From Takakia lepidozioides (Eukaryota > Plantae > Bryophyta): a stretch of 64,000 nt of DNA. This document shows, one piece after another, positions 49,640-62,846 of the stretch (the stretch's first letter is position 1; every line of letters starts with the position of its first letter). The notes beneath the pieces were generated by a model. That model did no database searches. It saw only the letters and a program-made list of their open reading frames with translations, and was not told where the DNA came from. Position numbers and translations under genes: made by a program. The stretch covers positions 806,001 to 870,000 of the forward strand of contig CM060731.1 in assembly GCA_030704615.1 (NCBI GenBank), written 5' to 3'.

Positions 49640-51880
49640 TGACTACCTCCCCCACTTTGTTGGCTCTCTTGTAGAGAGAGACTTTGCAGCATGTTCAAGT
49701 CAATGGAGAAAATGTGGTCAGAGGACCTTACACCGTGTCAAGGCTCCGATTGGTGTGTTTTGCTGAGTCATGCCCCTTACTCTCACCTTCCTCTTATGTT
49801 TTGCCAAAGCAAGAGAGCCCATCGCTATTTTAGGCTTGTTTCCTTCAGAAGATACTGCGTTTGAAGTTGGGGTACACAGAACATAGACAGACGTTCAGGG
49901 TGGGGATGCTTGTCTTAAAAGGGTGGTTGATGGATATGGATGTGCCCTTGTTAGGTGATGAAGACAATTCTTATAAATACAATCAAGTTCTTCAGCCTAC
50001 GAAAGTGCAGGTCTGTAAAGGTGTGGTTTCTGATCGTAAGAATGTGTGATAGACTGTGAATAAGTCTGGAGTTTGTGTTCAACATGGGAACTCAGAAGCA
50101 TCCGATTGCTCCAAAAATGGCCAAATGCCTAAGGGCAATAGAACTTGGAAGGGAGGAATCAGACAACTAGAGAGCAAGATTTGAGGGACGTATAACATAT
50201 TCTTCAAACGTAAGAAGCACTTGAAGAGGCAATGAAGTTATAATGTGCGATCAAGCTCAATATTTGTAAGGGTAAGTGCACATCGTCTTGCCAAAAAGAA
50301 AAGAAGATATATATATATATATGTATAGTTCATTTTTCTCAGAGTGGAGGATTGATTTGAAGATTGGTAAGCCTTATTAGATTGATTCCTGGTTGATTCC
50401 TGCTAAGGGAAGCCCAATTTATGGTGTCATTTCATCTTCAAAGGACTACTACCGTCCATTGGAAAATAGACACCTTCTAATGTATATAACCGCGTCAACG
50501 CGAGAAAAGCGAGAGCCCCAAACCTCTCCAACGACTCAAACCTCTAAGGTGAGCATGCCACTTTACATGCTCGCCAGTATAATCCCGTTATGCCCAATAT
50601 TTCCTGTTATCTTCCCCCTTCCCATGTTTAAAACTGCACTACCTACAATTTATCCTATGGATGCTAGGGCAAACTCCGCAAAACGCGAAGTTTGCGGATC
50701 AGGGGCCCATGATATTACAAGACCGATTACTCATGGGCAACATTGATAGCAAACCTCCACGTTTTGATCATCTTTAGCCCTAGCATCTGCGGCTTGTGCT
50801 TCGCTTTGTTTTTCTTTTCTTTGTTCTAAGTTTATTTGGTTTCAAATGCTTCCAACACCATTCTGCTTGTTCGTTTCATAGTTTTATCTTGCACAATGTA
50901 TTCATGTTAACGAATTGATGCATACTTTATGACTTTGGGGGGCTTATTTGCTCTGCAGCTATTAATTTATTATGGCATGGTGTACAACACGTTCCTATGT
51001 TTGCGTTTTTTTTGGGGCCTTGCGTGTGCGCAAAGGCCCCTAGATACTAGTACGTTGTCCATCGTATCCAGTGTACTGCGGCGCATTTCTTGCAGGTTTT
51101 GAAGCGTGTCCTCTGTACTGTACAGGGCATGGACGTGGAAGCAGAAGGTGATGATATACTAAAAACGGGATACTGGATTATACGGCCTCTTCGACAAAGT
51201 TTGCAAACACCCAAACCAGGACCCTTCAACACGAAGGACCTCCGATGGAAGAAAGACACGCAATATGGTTATATGGGTGTCAGACAGAATGTGCTGAAGG
51301 CTTGCATACCGTGGGATAGAGTTTGATGACTTTCTCCTTGGAGAGGAGAGTTTGGTGGACTACCCCACTCAGTTTTGGGTGAATGTCCATACTAAAGTGC
51401 AACCCGGCATGCTAAAAGAACCGAAAGCCAGCAGTTCTCTGAACAGTATCATATGTGCACCATCCTCATCGTACTTTTGTAGTTTGATTGCATGTCTGTT
51501 GTCATTTTTCGGACCCACGTTCTGTGATTTTATGCTTCCAGAAGTCGATGGATATCCATTGTGATTTTTATATCCAGGTATCAATGCTGTTACGGTCCAG
51601 ATGACAAGCGCACCAACAATGCGATAGTGGAGGATCCCAAACTGAAACGTGGAGGACCTCTTGTGGGTGCTGGAACATCTCACCCTCATAAAAGCCCAAG
51701 AAGAAAGAAGTCGGAATATGGAGAGTCTTACAAGCGTGGTTGCCAGTGCTGTTTCAAGGTCCAGCAATGTTATCTCGCCCCCGACATTTATGTCCTCACG
51801 TACTACAACAATATAGAGCATACAGACGCGAAAGGGAACGCCTGTCATGGGAAGTCCATTGAGTTCAGGAACACTCGCCA

Positions 51881-54800
51881 TGTCGCGCACCTCACTTCGG
51901 TAAGCTTCTCCTCAAGTCATAGTTACTCGCTTTGATGCGCGCGCCTGACTCCCAACCTGGCCGTCGGGCCAACTTGGAGCTTCGGCTGCTCACCGGGGCA
52001 TAACGGTCCCCCTTTGTTTTCCCAAAGAACCCTCCACCGATTTGGAACCAGCGGGAATTCCCTTTGGTAGTTGGCAATCCGGAACAGCTCCCCACTCTTT
52101 GGTCGCTTTCCGGCTCGCTCGCTTACTCACTAGTTTTTGGTCACCAATGGGCTTGCACCGTTCTCGGGGTTACTAATCCCCCTATATATACTTCTGTAGC
52201 TGTCCGCGGGGGTTTCACAACCAGCCATGCCATTTTATGGCGAACCACCACGAAAACCCTCGACTCCCAGTGATGAGTCGCGGTGAGTCTTGGCCCACTC
52301 ACCACGGCCCCTATGGACCGTGATGAGTCCCAAGACTCCCCACAACTCCCACCACGAGGTCTCCGCCCCCATGGTGAGTCCTATGTCACCCCCCCTAAGT
52401 CCCGCTAAGCTACCACCACCCCTTGTGGAGCCACCCCCACTTCAGCCCCCCATACCTATCGCTGCCGCTGCCCCCACCACAGGGGCAACCCCTCATGTGT
52501 CCCGACCCCCTGCTTTCAAGGCAAAAGGGCCGCGACACACACCCCTACCAACAGGGAGTCGATGTCCTCATCGACTTGTCCATTTTGTAGAAACGAACAT
52601 CCAAGTTGTGGCGTCCCACATCAAGGAGTTTGTTTCCGCACCATGGCGTCCCATGGCAAAGAACCAAACCCCACACTTGACTCTACTCTCCACTAGCTAG
52701 TTCGGCCGACTTCCTCCAAGTCCCGGCCAAGGGTGGAGCCTCTCAAGCTCCTCCCAGTGCACTCTTCTTGGCCTACTTCAAGGCCAAGGAACGATCCTCC
52801 CCGAGGATCGAATCGTCTTACTGCAACAACATTGCTTGCGACCGCTCATGATGCCGCTTTTGGCATCACCTTGAGCAAGGGTTCACCTCGAACCTTCTTT
52901 GACTAGGAAGATAACCTTGAACCAACCGTGCGCCCCAATCACTACAATTGGGTCCGCCTTGGAATGCTGGCCTGAGGTACGGGAACACGCCGAAGCCGCA
53001 CTACGACTTCGTCCCGAGGCTACACGATTATAGTACGTGAACGGAAGCACGTAGCTTCCGCGTTAGCCCGCACTACAAGGCAACCCCCTCGGTAGCGCAG
53101 TTATAGTACGCGCACGCGCCAGGTGCGCACTAGCACGTGAACTCCCAAAGAAGGCGCAAGTTTCTTTGCCCCTTGGATGGGAGTCACCCGATTTCGGCAC
53201 TGTGCAAACACACGATTAACCCAATTTACCTCTCCCACTTTTGTAAGGTAGCATGCATTCTACACACTAGCCAACCATACCATGCATCACCATTCCAAAC
53301 AAAATAGGAAGCACAACATTTGAAAACCATTTCATTTAAAGCAAATTTTGTACAATACAAGTTTTTGCAATCGGATTCCTGAGCTAGCTAAGCTGGGCTA
53401 AGCATGCATTTCCTCCCCCACGCTCCAAGGTTGATGTCCCCATCAACGCTTCTTCCGCTTTTGAGGTCGCCCTTCAAAAACTGCAACCGCCTCGGAGCGC
53501 TTCCCATTTCTGAGGCACGCACCCAAGATGCCTCCACATGATGATAGCCCTTCCATTTGACGAGATACTCCGTTTCTCGGTTCTTGAACCTCCTCGACTT
53601 AAGTACTGCCTCCACCTCGTACTCAGGTTTATTTTCATGATCCAACAGCACAGGTGGCGGACGCAACACTTGATGCCGATTCGGACTCGCTTCATCTTTG
53701 AAGTAAGGCTTCAAAAGGGAGACATGGAATACTGGGTGCACCTTGCTGTTTGCCGGCAGCTCCAATTCATACACATCCTCATTCATAACCTTCCGGATGC
53801 GAAAGGGTCCCGCATATGGAGGTATGAACTTCGGACTCACTTCCGGAGGTAGTCGGAAATTCTTGATGTTCAACCAGACCTCCGTGCCTGCCTCAAACTT
53901 CACTTCCCTCCGCTTCCGATTCGCCTGCCTTTCATACCGTTTCCTAGCTTTGGCAATGTTGTACTTTGCGAGCTTCAACAAACGCTCGCGTTCTTCCAGT
54001 ACCGCCGCTACTGCCGGTTCCTCAACGTCCTGGGCGGCCCAACTTGTCGGCACCAGAGATGCTTTTCCATAGACCAATACAAAAGGGGAAACTCCCGTTG
54101 CGGAGTGTTCTGTGTTATTATAACAAAATTCTACCGCGTCTAAGTGTTCCACCCAGTCTGATTGGTCTGCCGACACGTAATTCCGCAAGATCTGCTTCAC
54201 TACGGAATTCACTCTTTCCGTTTGGCCGTCGGTCGTAGGTCGGAAGGCGGTACTCATCTTCAGCCTCGTCCCCATCTTCTTCCAAAGTGTCCTCCAAAAT
54301 TTACTCGTAAACTTTGGATCGCGGTCCGAGACAATATCCTTCGGGTCCATGATGTTTTAAGACGTGGGCGAAGTAAAGTCGCCCTGTCTCTTGCACCGTT
54401 GCCGTCTCTTTGGTGGGGATGAAATGGCCCATTTTACTGAACCTATCCACCACCACCATGATTGCATCGAATCCTTTTGACATTGGCATAGCAGTCATGA
54501 AATCCATCGAGACGCTTTCCCAAGTCCCCTCTGGAATCGGCAAGGGTTGTAACAGCCCCGCTTGCTTTTTGTACTCGCTCCGATTTTGCTGGCAGGTGGT
54601 GCATGTCTTGACATACTCCTCTGCCTCCTCCCTCAGTTTGGGCCAGAAATACTCTTTCTTCAAGAGTGCCGCAGTGCGCTTGGCTCCGCCGTGGCCCGCA
54701 AGCGGGCTATCATGGCATTCTCTCAAGAGACTATCTCTGATCCCTCCCTTCGGCACGTAGAGACGCTTTTGCTTATACCGGAGCAGTCCATTTTGCAAGT

Positions 54801-57800
54801 GGAACTGCGATTTAACCCCCATCCTCAAGTCCTGCATCACAGAGTTTGCCAGTTCATCCTTCCGGCAAGCCTTCCGGATCTTCCTTTGGAGCGCCGTCTC
54901 GCCCCTGTATACCAACAAGAGCTGCTGCTTTCTACTTAAAGCATCGGCCACCACATTGTCCTGTCCCGGTTTGTACTGGATATCCACGTCGAACACCGCC
55001 AAAGTATCTTGCCACCTAAGTTGTTTTGGGGACAACTTGGGCTGCGTGGCAAAATACTTCACTGTGACATTGTCCGTGAACACCTTCACTGGGTTGGAAC
55101 CAACATAGTGGCGCCAAAGCTCAAGGCAATGCACCACCGCCTTCATCTTTTTTTCGTGCGTCGGCCACCGTCGCTCCACTTCATTCAGTTTCTTACTTTC
55201 GTAAGCCACTGGACGTCCATCTTGCATAAGTACACCCCCAATCGCGAAGTCCGACGCATCTGTATGAATCTCAATGGACGATCGAACTCCGGGATTTTCA
55301 AGACTGGAGCTTCCGCCATCCGCTGCTTCAATTCAGCAAAAGCTTGGCCACAAAATGTGTTCCATACCCAGACTTTGGATTTACACAAAAGGTCCGACAG
55401 CGGCCTCGCGATCTTGGCAAAATTTCTCACATACTTCCGGTAATAGGAGGCGAGTCCTGGGACCAAAGTCGGAGGCTCCCAGTCCAAGATCGCCCTCACC
55501 TTTCTGTCATCCATTTTGATCCCATCCTGTGTAATCACATGCCCCAAGAACTCCATTTTCGTGACCCCGAATTCGCACTTTGAAGCTTTGGCGTACAGCT
55601 TCCATTCCCGCAACTTTTGGAACACCCTTTTGAGGTGCTCCAGGTGCTCCTCCTTTGTTTTCGAGTACACCAAGATGTCGTCGATGTACACGATCACAAA
55701 GTCATCCAATCACTCCTGAAAAAGGCTGTTCATCAGCGTGCTAAAGGTCGCAGGTGCATTGGTGAGCCTAAAAGGCATCACCAAGAACTCATATGAACCA
55801 TACCTTGTCCTGCACGCGGTCTTCTCCTCATCTCCTTCCGCCACCCGAATTTGATGATAGCCGGAGCGCAAGTCGATCCGGCTGAAATACTTTGGTCCTG
55901 CCAACCGGTTGAAAAGGTCGTCGATCCTTGGCAAAGGGTACCGATTTTTAATAGTCACCTTATTCAAAGCCCTGTAATCGACACACATCCGCAGCGTCCC
56001 ATCCTTCTTGTCTGCGAATAGCACCGGGGCTCCGTAAGGTGACTTACTCGGTCGGATGTACCCCTTTGACATTAGATCCTTGAGCTGAGTCTTCAGCTCG
56101 ACCAACTCCATGTGGCTCAACCGGTAGGGTGCCTTGGCAGGCGGTTCCGATCCCGGTATCACCTCAATCTTGTGGTCAACTCCTCTTCGCAGTGGCAAGC
56201 CGCTTGGTAAATCCTCCGGCATCACATCCTGGTATTTCTTCAAAATCCCCTTGATCCAATCTGGGCTCGGCTCCCCATCGCCTTCTCCCTTCACTTCTCT
56301 AATATAAAGCAAAAACTGGGGCTCGTGTGCCTCCTCCACGGCCCACTTCCTTGCTGACAGAAGGTTTATTCGCCCTCCCACGGGTTTGGGCGTTTCCGAA
56401 ACTCGTAAGACCTCGCCACCATTCCAACATGGCAGCGTGACTACCCTCTTACGGCCATCTATGACCGCTCCGGATTTGCTCAAAAATGTCATCCCCAAAA
56501 TGAGATCCACTCCATTGATCTCGCAGATAGTGAAGTTTTCACGTCCCTCCTAACTCCCCAGTTGAAGAGGAACATCGAACGCCAACCTTGTTGCCAGTTG
56601 TGGTTCTCCTTTGGCAAAATGCACCTCAATAGAGGCCCCCACGTCACTTGTCGGGAGTCCCAACTTTCGCGCCGCCGCCGGCGTCATGAAGGAGTGCGAC
56701 GCTCCTGTGTCCACCAACAACGACACGTTAGTTCCGGATATTATCCCATCCACGAACAATAACTGACTCCCTTTACGCAGGGCGCCAGTTTCCTGATACA
56801 ACTCACAAGAATAGTTGCCTACCTTGCAAGTCCTGGCGACCACCGCTTCCACCAAGCGACTGATGGTATCTTCCGACAGCTCCGTGGTTGCCCGAGTCAT
56901 GTTCAATTGTCGAGGTTTCGTGCACTTCTTGGCCATGTGCCCGGGCTCCCCGCAATTGAAACACACTCCATCAAAGGTCGCCTTCTGTCCGCCATAAGCC
57001 GCTCCACCCGCTTTTCCTTTCGAAGCACCGGGTGCCGCCTTGACGTGTGAAGGCCCTCCCTTCGATTTCCACGTGCCATTGTCGCCGCGTGGCCTATCCC
57101 ACTTCTTTTCCGGTCGGAAGGAGTCACCTTCCCGCCGGGTCTTCTTGTGGTTCAGCTCCGTACGGCCTTGTCTCTCACCCCTAGGGACATCCGAGAAACA
57201 TTCAGCCCTCTCAATTGCCTCGTTCAAAGTCTTGGGTGGCTTCTCCTCCAACTTCCGCCTGGCCCATGGGGCCAGTCCCGCCACAAAGTTGAAGACCATT
57301 TCTGGTTCTGCCATGTCCGCGACTTCGAGCAACAGCACATTGAAAGCCTGGACATACCCCCGAATGTCATCTGTTTGCTTCAAATTCCTCATCTTGTCCC
57401 GGGCAAGCCAGGACGCGTTGAGGGGCACAAACTGTCTCTTCATCAATTCCTTGAACCCACTCCAGTTCAAGGTTTCCGGGCTTGGACCTCGGTCGTGAAG
57501 GCGTTTCTGCCACCATTGTTGAGCATAGCCCCTCAAATAGGTGGGAGCCACTTCCACCCGATCCTCGTCACTCAACTTGGCCGCCCGGAAGTACTGCTCT
57601 AGCTCCAGGAGCCAGGTGTTGAGTGCCTTCCGATTTTGGACGCCCTCGAAGGTGTCGGGTTCCTTAGGCTTCACCTTAAACTTTGCCTTAGTGGAAGTGG
57701 CATTAGCCGCCTTCAACACGTCTTTCAACGTCCCGCCAAACTGCGCCAACAACCCTTCCCAAAAGGCTGCCGGCATGGGAGGCATCTCTTGGTTTGTCGG

Positions 57801-58766
57801 AGCTCTCAAGGATTCCTCGGGCTCCGACTCCTCGGATTCCTCCCGCTCTTGAGCGGCCTCGTTTTCGGAAACATGCATCGCTTCCTCAAACGGCCGCCTC
57901 GGTGACACGTCGCCCCCATCGGGCTCACCAGGATCATCATCTTTTGGGCCGTTCCGCTTTCGCTTCGGCTTGCCCGACCCCATGATGAGGCCAATCCCAA
58001 GGACGATCGCGTACTGAACTCTAAGCTCTGATACCAAGTGTCGCGCACCTCACTTCGGTAAGCTCCCCCTCAAGTCATAGTTACTCGCTTTGATGCGCGC
58101 GCCTGACTCCCAACCTGGCCGCCGGGCCAACTTGGAGCTTCGGCTGCTCACCGGGGCATAACGGTCCCCCTTTGTTTTCCCAAAGAACCCTCCACCGATT
58201 TGGAACCAGCGGGAATTCCCTTTGGTAGTTGGCAGTCCGGAACAGCTCCCCACTCTTTGGTCGCTTTCCGGCTCGCTCGCTTACTCACTAGTTTTTGGTC
58301 ACCAACGGGCTTGCACCGTTCTCGGGGTTACTACTCCCCTATATATACTTCTGTAGCTGTCCGCGGGGGTTTCACAACCAGCCATGCCATTTTATGGCGA
58401 ACCACCACGAAAACCCTCGACTCCCGGTGATGAGTCGCGGTGAGTCTTGGCCCACTCACCACGGCCCCTATGGACCGTGATGAGTCCCAAGACTCCCCAC
58501 GACTCCCACCACGAGGTCTCCGCCCCCATGGTGAGTCCTATGCCACCCCCACTAAGTCCCGCTAAGCTACCACCACCCCTTGTGGAGCCACCCCCACCGC
58601 AACCCGGTGTGCGGGGCTCCACCTAGTGAGCGCCTCCGCCTCCTTGAGTGCCTTGGGCACTCAAGGGTGCTTCAGCCCCCATACCTATCGCTGCCGCTGC
58701 CCCCACCACAGGGGCAGCCCCTCATGTGTCCCGACCCCCTGCCCTCAAGGCAAAGGGGCCGCGACA
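51881..58766 (-). mobile_element. Ty3/gypsy chromovirus LTR retrotransposon, structurally complete but defective
   Basis: LTRs 51881-52537 and 58039-58766 (TGTCGCG...CGCGACA). PBS tggtatcagagc (tRNA-iMet) at 58025-58036; PPT-like aggggtgtg at 52538-52546. Confidence 0.97.
53388..58037 (-). pseudogene. gag-pol: Gag, CCHC knuckle, protease, RT, RNase H, integrase, chromodomain
   Basis: CFNCGEPGHMAKKC; LLVDTGAS; YIDDIL; HDSPLAGH..CTTC; SMDF..SDRD..TDGQTER; EYEVEAVL...YLVKWKGY..ASW. Stops at 56550 and 55710, frameshifts near 55270 and 54345. Confidence 0.95.
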
Positions 58767-60093
58767 CACACCCCTATGCACCACACATTAGCGAGGAATT
58801 GAAAGCATGGGTCATGGAGTGTCTGTGCCGAGGCCTGTCAGTCGCCCAAATCATGATGGAACATAAAGAGCACGTCATGAACAACACCGGGTTGGAGAAT
58901 GCATGGATATGGGACGATTTTTTGCTGGAGCAAGATGTGCGCAACCTGGCCGAGAAACGGGCGACATGCCAACGATGCGGAGAGTGTCCGCATGTGGAAA
59001 GACCAGAACCCGAAATCGGTCTTCTTCTATATAGAGGAGAAATTGGCGCCAACATTTAAGCACTACGATGGCGACTTAACATTCACAATCGGCATACAGA
59101 CTGAGTGGCAGAAGAAGCGAATGCTTCAATTAGGCCATGTTTGTATCGTTGCATGCGATGCAACCTTCGGGACAAATCACCACAAGGTACTCTTCATCCC
59201 TTTCACAATTTATCCACTTGCAGAAGTAGTGGATGTACGCACACTAGCAGCATCTGACATTCTGCATTTGAACAGTTCCCATTGTACACGTTGATGGTCT
59301 TTGACAAGTGGCTTAACGGTATACTAGTTGCGTACATCATATGCGCGTGAGCGGACAACAGACCTGGTGTCGTGGATGGCAGCCTTGCGGGACTCTCTCC
59401 TCGCAGAAATGCCGGACTGGCAACCCAATGTCGTCATTGTGGACGATGCCGACGCGGGGGATGCTAGAGTGTGAGCCAAGGAGCCTGTGAGCCCAGGAGC
59501 TTGGCGTGAGCCCAGGACACGTGGCATTATTTTGGGAAAGATGCGGCGTCTATTTCCGTGGAAGATGACCCATTGCTGCAGAAACACGTCTTCATCCATA
59601 TTTACCCTGCAACCCCAAACAGAAACCCCAACCTTTGTCAGCCTTAGGGACCCACCTCAACCCCGACAGTGAACCTCGCCATCCCGCCCTTGTGCATGAT
59701 ACTGTGCATTGACATCATCCATGGGACCATCCATGCATGCAACATTCATCCACAATGCACATCCAATCTGGCTTCATCCATCCAAAAACATTCATCCTCC
59801 ATCCATCCAACCAAATATTGGTGTGATGGCATATGTCAAATGACTGTCTACTGGACTATGCACATATTCATCTCTGTTGAAAAACTTTTATTGAATGCAC
59901 ACGGTTGAATTGGAGAGCAATGTTTAGAAGGAAAACACTTTCAAATTCGCAGGACGCGGGGGAGAGAATGTTTCAATTCAGGGATGTGAATTTCATTGTA
60001 GTCCGTGCTCATTACAACGGATGGTGGGAAGAGAAATGGTGGTGCAACGGAAAACGGAGAGTGTGTCCCCTCATGTTCCATAAATGAATGCCC

Positions 60094-62388
60094 TCAAGTA
60101 CATCCGTAGGTGGTGTCAACACTGCTACTGCTACCACCTGAATCTGCTGAACTGCTAGAAGTACTGCTACCACCTGAAACTGCGGCACTATCATCTATGA
60201 AGACCTTTGCGCGGAGGTGCCTGAGCGTCTTCCTGGAACTCCAACGCAAGGGTGGGGGAGAAAGCACAGCTACTTGCACACGAGCAATGCCTTCCGCGTA
60301 GTGGGGAAGGACATAATTAGGAGGTGGGCTCCAGCACAAGTCCCTCAAGTATATGGAAGATAGGGGCCACGGGAGTGCGTTGACATTCCTGCAATCAGGT
60401 AATAATCAAACAACAGAAGGGGGCGCGACAGAGAATATACACAGGGATCAAATAGACAGAAAATGAACTTACTCACATGAAAAGTCATTGTCCATCCTTG
60501 TCGTCTCCGTCGAGGATATCAATTTGTGCAATGACATCCTTCACATTGGAGGTAGACGAGCCCCCTTGCAACTCGGCGAGTAGGCCAGTGAAAATATCTG
60601 CATCTCCTTCCATACCAAACAAGTGCCTGCCACCTGACTTGCAAGCATGGTAAGAAGCGCCTGCAAGAGACAGAATGATGGAATTAGACTTTTAGAATAT
60701 TGAGTAAAGAAGGTGCAGAAGGAAAGAAATCGATGACAAAGGCAAGAAGAGAAACATGTGCCCAGAGTGAGATCTATGATGCGGGCCCCTGGCCGAGAAC
60801 AACTCTCAATGATCGTTTGGATAAAAGCCGGGTTTTTTCACGGGCCCCTCTCCGAGAACAACTCTCAATGATCGTTTGGATAAAAGCCGGGCTTTTTTCA
60901 CGGGCCCCTCTCCAAGGCGTTCCATTTGGCTTTCGCAAACATACGTTGGAGTCCACATAGTTGTAGTGCATGTCATCGACGACAGGATCGAACCTCTCGT
61001 TTATGAAACATCCTCCCCCATGAAGCTCGAATTCCATCACTGTGGTGGGAGTCGACAGTGGATGTACCCTCACGAGACAGACGGCCTCAAATAGACGGGT
61101 CTGCGATGAAGAGGTCAATAATTAGTGAGGAATGTTTCATAGTCCATTTGGGTGGGAGTGCAGACCAATTCCAGATGGAACGGGTTCAGAGTCATTGCTC
61201 ATGCACCGCCATAACTAAGTGCGCTGAAGCACTCAATTCAGGCAGTGCAAACCGCATGACTTCATAGCAGTCAGTGCAGTGGAACGTCAACAGAGAAGGC
61301 ATTAAAAAAAGAGTATTTGAAACGTACCTTCCGCCCTGGGAAATCCCCCTTCGTCAAGTATAGGTTGTTGACACAATTCCAGGTCTTGATAATCTGCATC
61401 CCCGAGGCTTTCAAGTAGCTTGCCAGCTCCCGGCGACATCTCATCGTGACAGATTGTATGATAACAAGAACCCCTGCATCGGAAAGGAAAAACTTGCAAA
61501 AGGAAAACACCCAACTCCAATACCTCTCGTCAAATTTGTTCCATGTTGGGCAGAATATCCGGGACTGGATGCCCGTCCGGAATGTCCACAATAACCATCT
61601 CCGAAGCAAACGGTTTCAGTGCACCATTCACCCAAGATTCCTTCCCCCTCCATGCCTGCAAGCAATATAGCGTGTAAGAAGGGGAAGATGTTTTATAAGC
61701 GAGCTTTTTGATCCGAGTAAAAATAAAACAAAGAAAACAAAACACAAACACATGCATGATAATTGCTTACCGATTGGAGAAAAACACATAGCTTGTCCCA
61801 CGTATTGGAAGGATCACCACTGTAACTTGACTTCCTTGTCTCCATCATGGCCAGGAACCCGTCGTTTACCAGCTCGCACATGCTCAGAAAAATGATTCTA
61901 GATGGGTGCTCCATTGCATCGTAGGGCTCTTTAAGACCCTTCTTCTTTCGGTCAGGCTTTCTGGCTGGGGGTGGGGTCTGCACTGGCCCCGGTTGCACCA
62001 CGGACTCCATCTCATTCTCATTCGGAGTGTTTTTCTGCCCCTTTACCTTCCCTTTCCCCTTGTCCTTTCTAGGCTTGACTGGCGTTTCTGTGCAATAGGC
62101 TCTTTCTCAGCCAATATCCTCAAGTTTCTCTCGTGCAACTCCTTCTCCGTCAGAGGGGCCAAGGCCTCTACATTGTCGTTTTGATTTCGGGTCACAAGCT
62201 CAGACCAAGGGCATCCAGACCGTGGGATATCCATATACCAGCAGCAGTCTCGAAGATGCGAGGTCCCGTAATCCTTCAAAATCCCTACAGTGTACATTGT
62301 CTAAGCGTTGGATGGATCACACCATAGGTCAATAAAGTGCAGGTGTCGACTCAGGTTCTTGCCTGGAATGAGAACGTTCTTGATATAC
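60094..62388 (-). pseudogene. Spliced gene with C-terminal beta-class N4-cytosine/N6-adenine DNA methyltransferase-like domain, TE-associated
   Basis: Exon 61328-61655 EMVIVDIPDG...WNKFDERYWSWVFSFCKFFLSDAGVLVII. Exon 60756-61100 WRGAREKSPAFIQTIIESCSRPGARIIDLTLGT. Exon ending 60660 ASYHACKSGGRHLFGMEGDADIF. Frameshifts and stops present. Confidence 0.75.
60782..60913. repeat. 59/60-bp tandem duplication bounded by cgggcccct microhomology
   Basis: ccgagaacaactctcaatgatcgtttggataaaagccggg occurs twice; cgggcccct at 60782, 60841 and 60901. Confidence 0.95.
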
Positions 62389-62846
62389 CTACACAATCAA
62401 AACAGAGGGAATATTAGTGAGTGGGGAAAGTGTGAGATAATGGTTTAAGGACCCCTTGACTGTGTGTGCCAGCACACTCAATTTTTGGTCTGTCCACCCA
62501 GGCCCTATTTACAAGCCAGGGCAGGTGTGGTTCAGTACAGGATGGATATTCGTATGTAGAATGAAAACTTGGGAGACACAGAAGTGCCCACCCCTTTACT
62601 GAGTGCGTCAGCGCACACAGTTTTGGGACTGTTTATTCAAAAGAGCACGGCTGCAACGAAATCGAAACTTCGTGAGACAGGAAAGAAAGGTGGAAAAAGA
62701 GTGTCAAGACGAACCTGTATAAAACCCTTTTCATGGCCTGTTCTGATCCATGCTGCTGCTCAAAGTCGTTAGTGCGCGAGATGCCTCCCTCTTTGGCAAA
62801 CTCCCTGAAGAAGCAAGTGCTGAAGCAAACTGCGCATTCTTGACAG

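Larger units (their letters stand above)
51129..59458 (+). pseudogene. Second SWIM-MULE transposase (paralog of 2878-5715), split by the gypsy insertion and truncated after DDADA
   Basis: IRPLRQSLQTPK, YQCCYGPDDK, ESYKRGC...EFRNTRH [insertion 51881-58766] PYAPHISEELK...ACDATFGTNHHK|FPLYTLMVFDK...VIVDDADA; same intron positions as copy 1. Confidence 0.9.

Noticed and set aside
50659-50787. Small MITE (gatgctagggc...gccctagcatc)
   Set aside because: Only an 11-bp inverted match and no TSD; insufficient support.
56903-57985. Plus-strand and alternative-frame ORFs over gag
   Set aside because: Antisense shadows of the GC-rich gag coding sequence.
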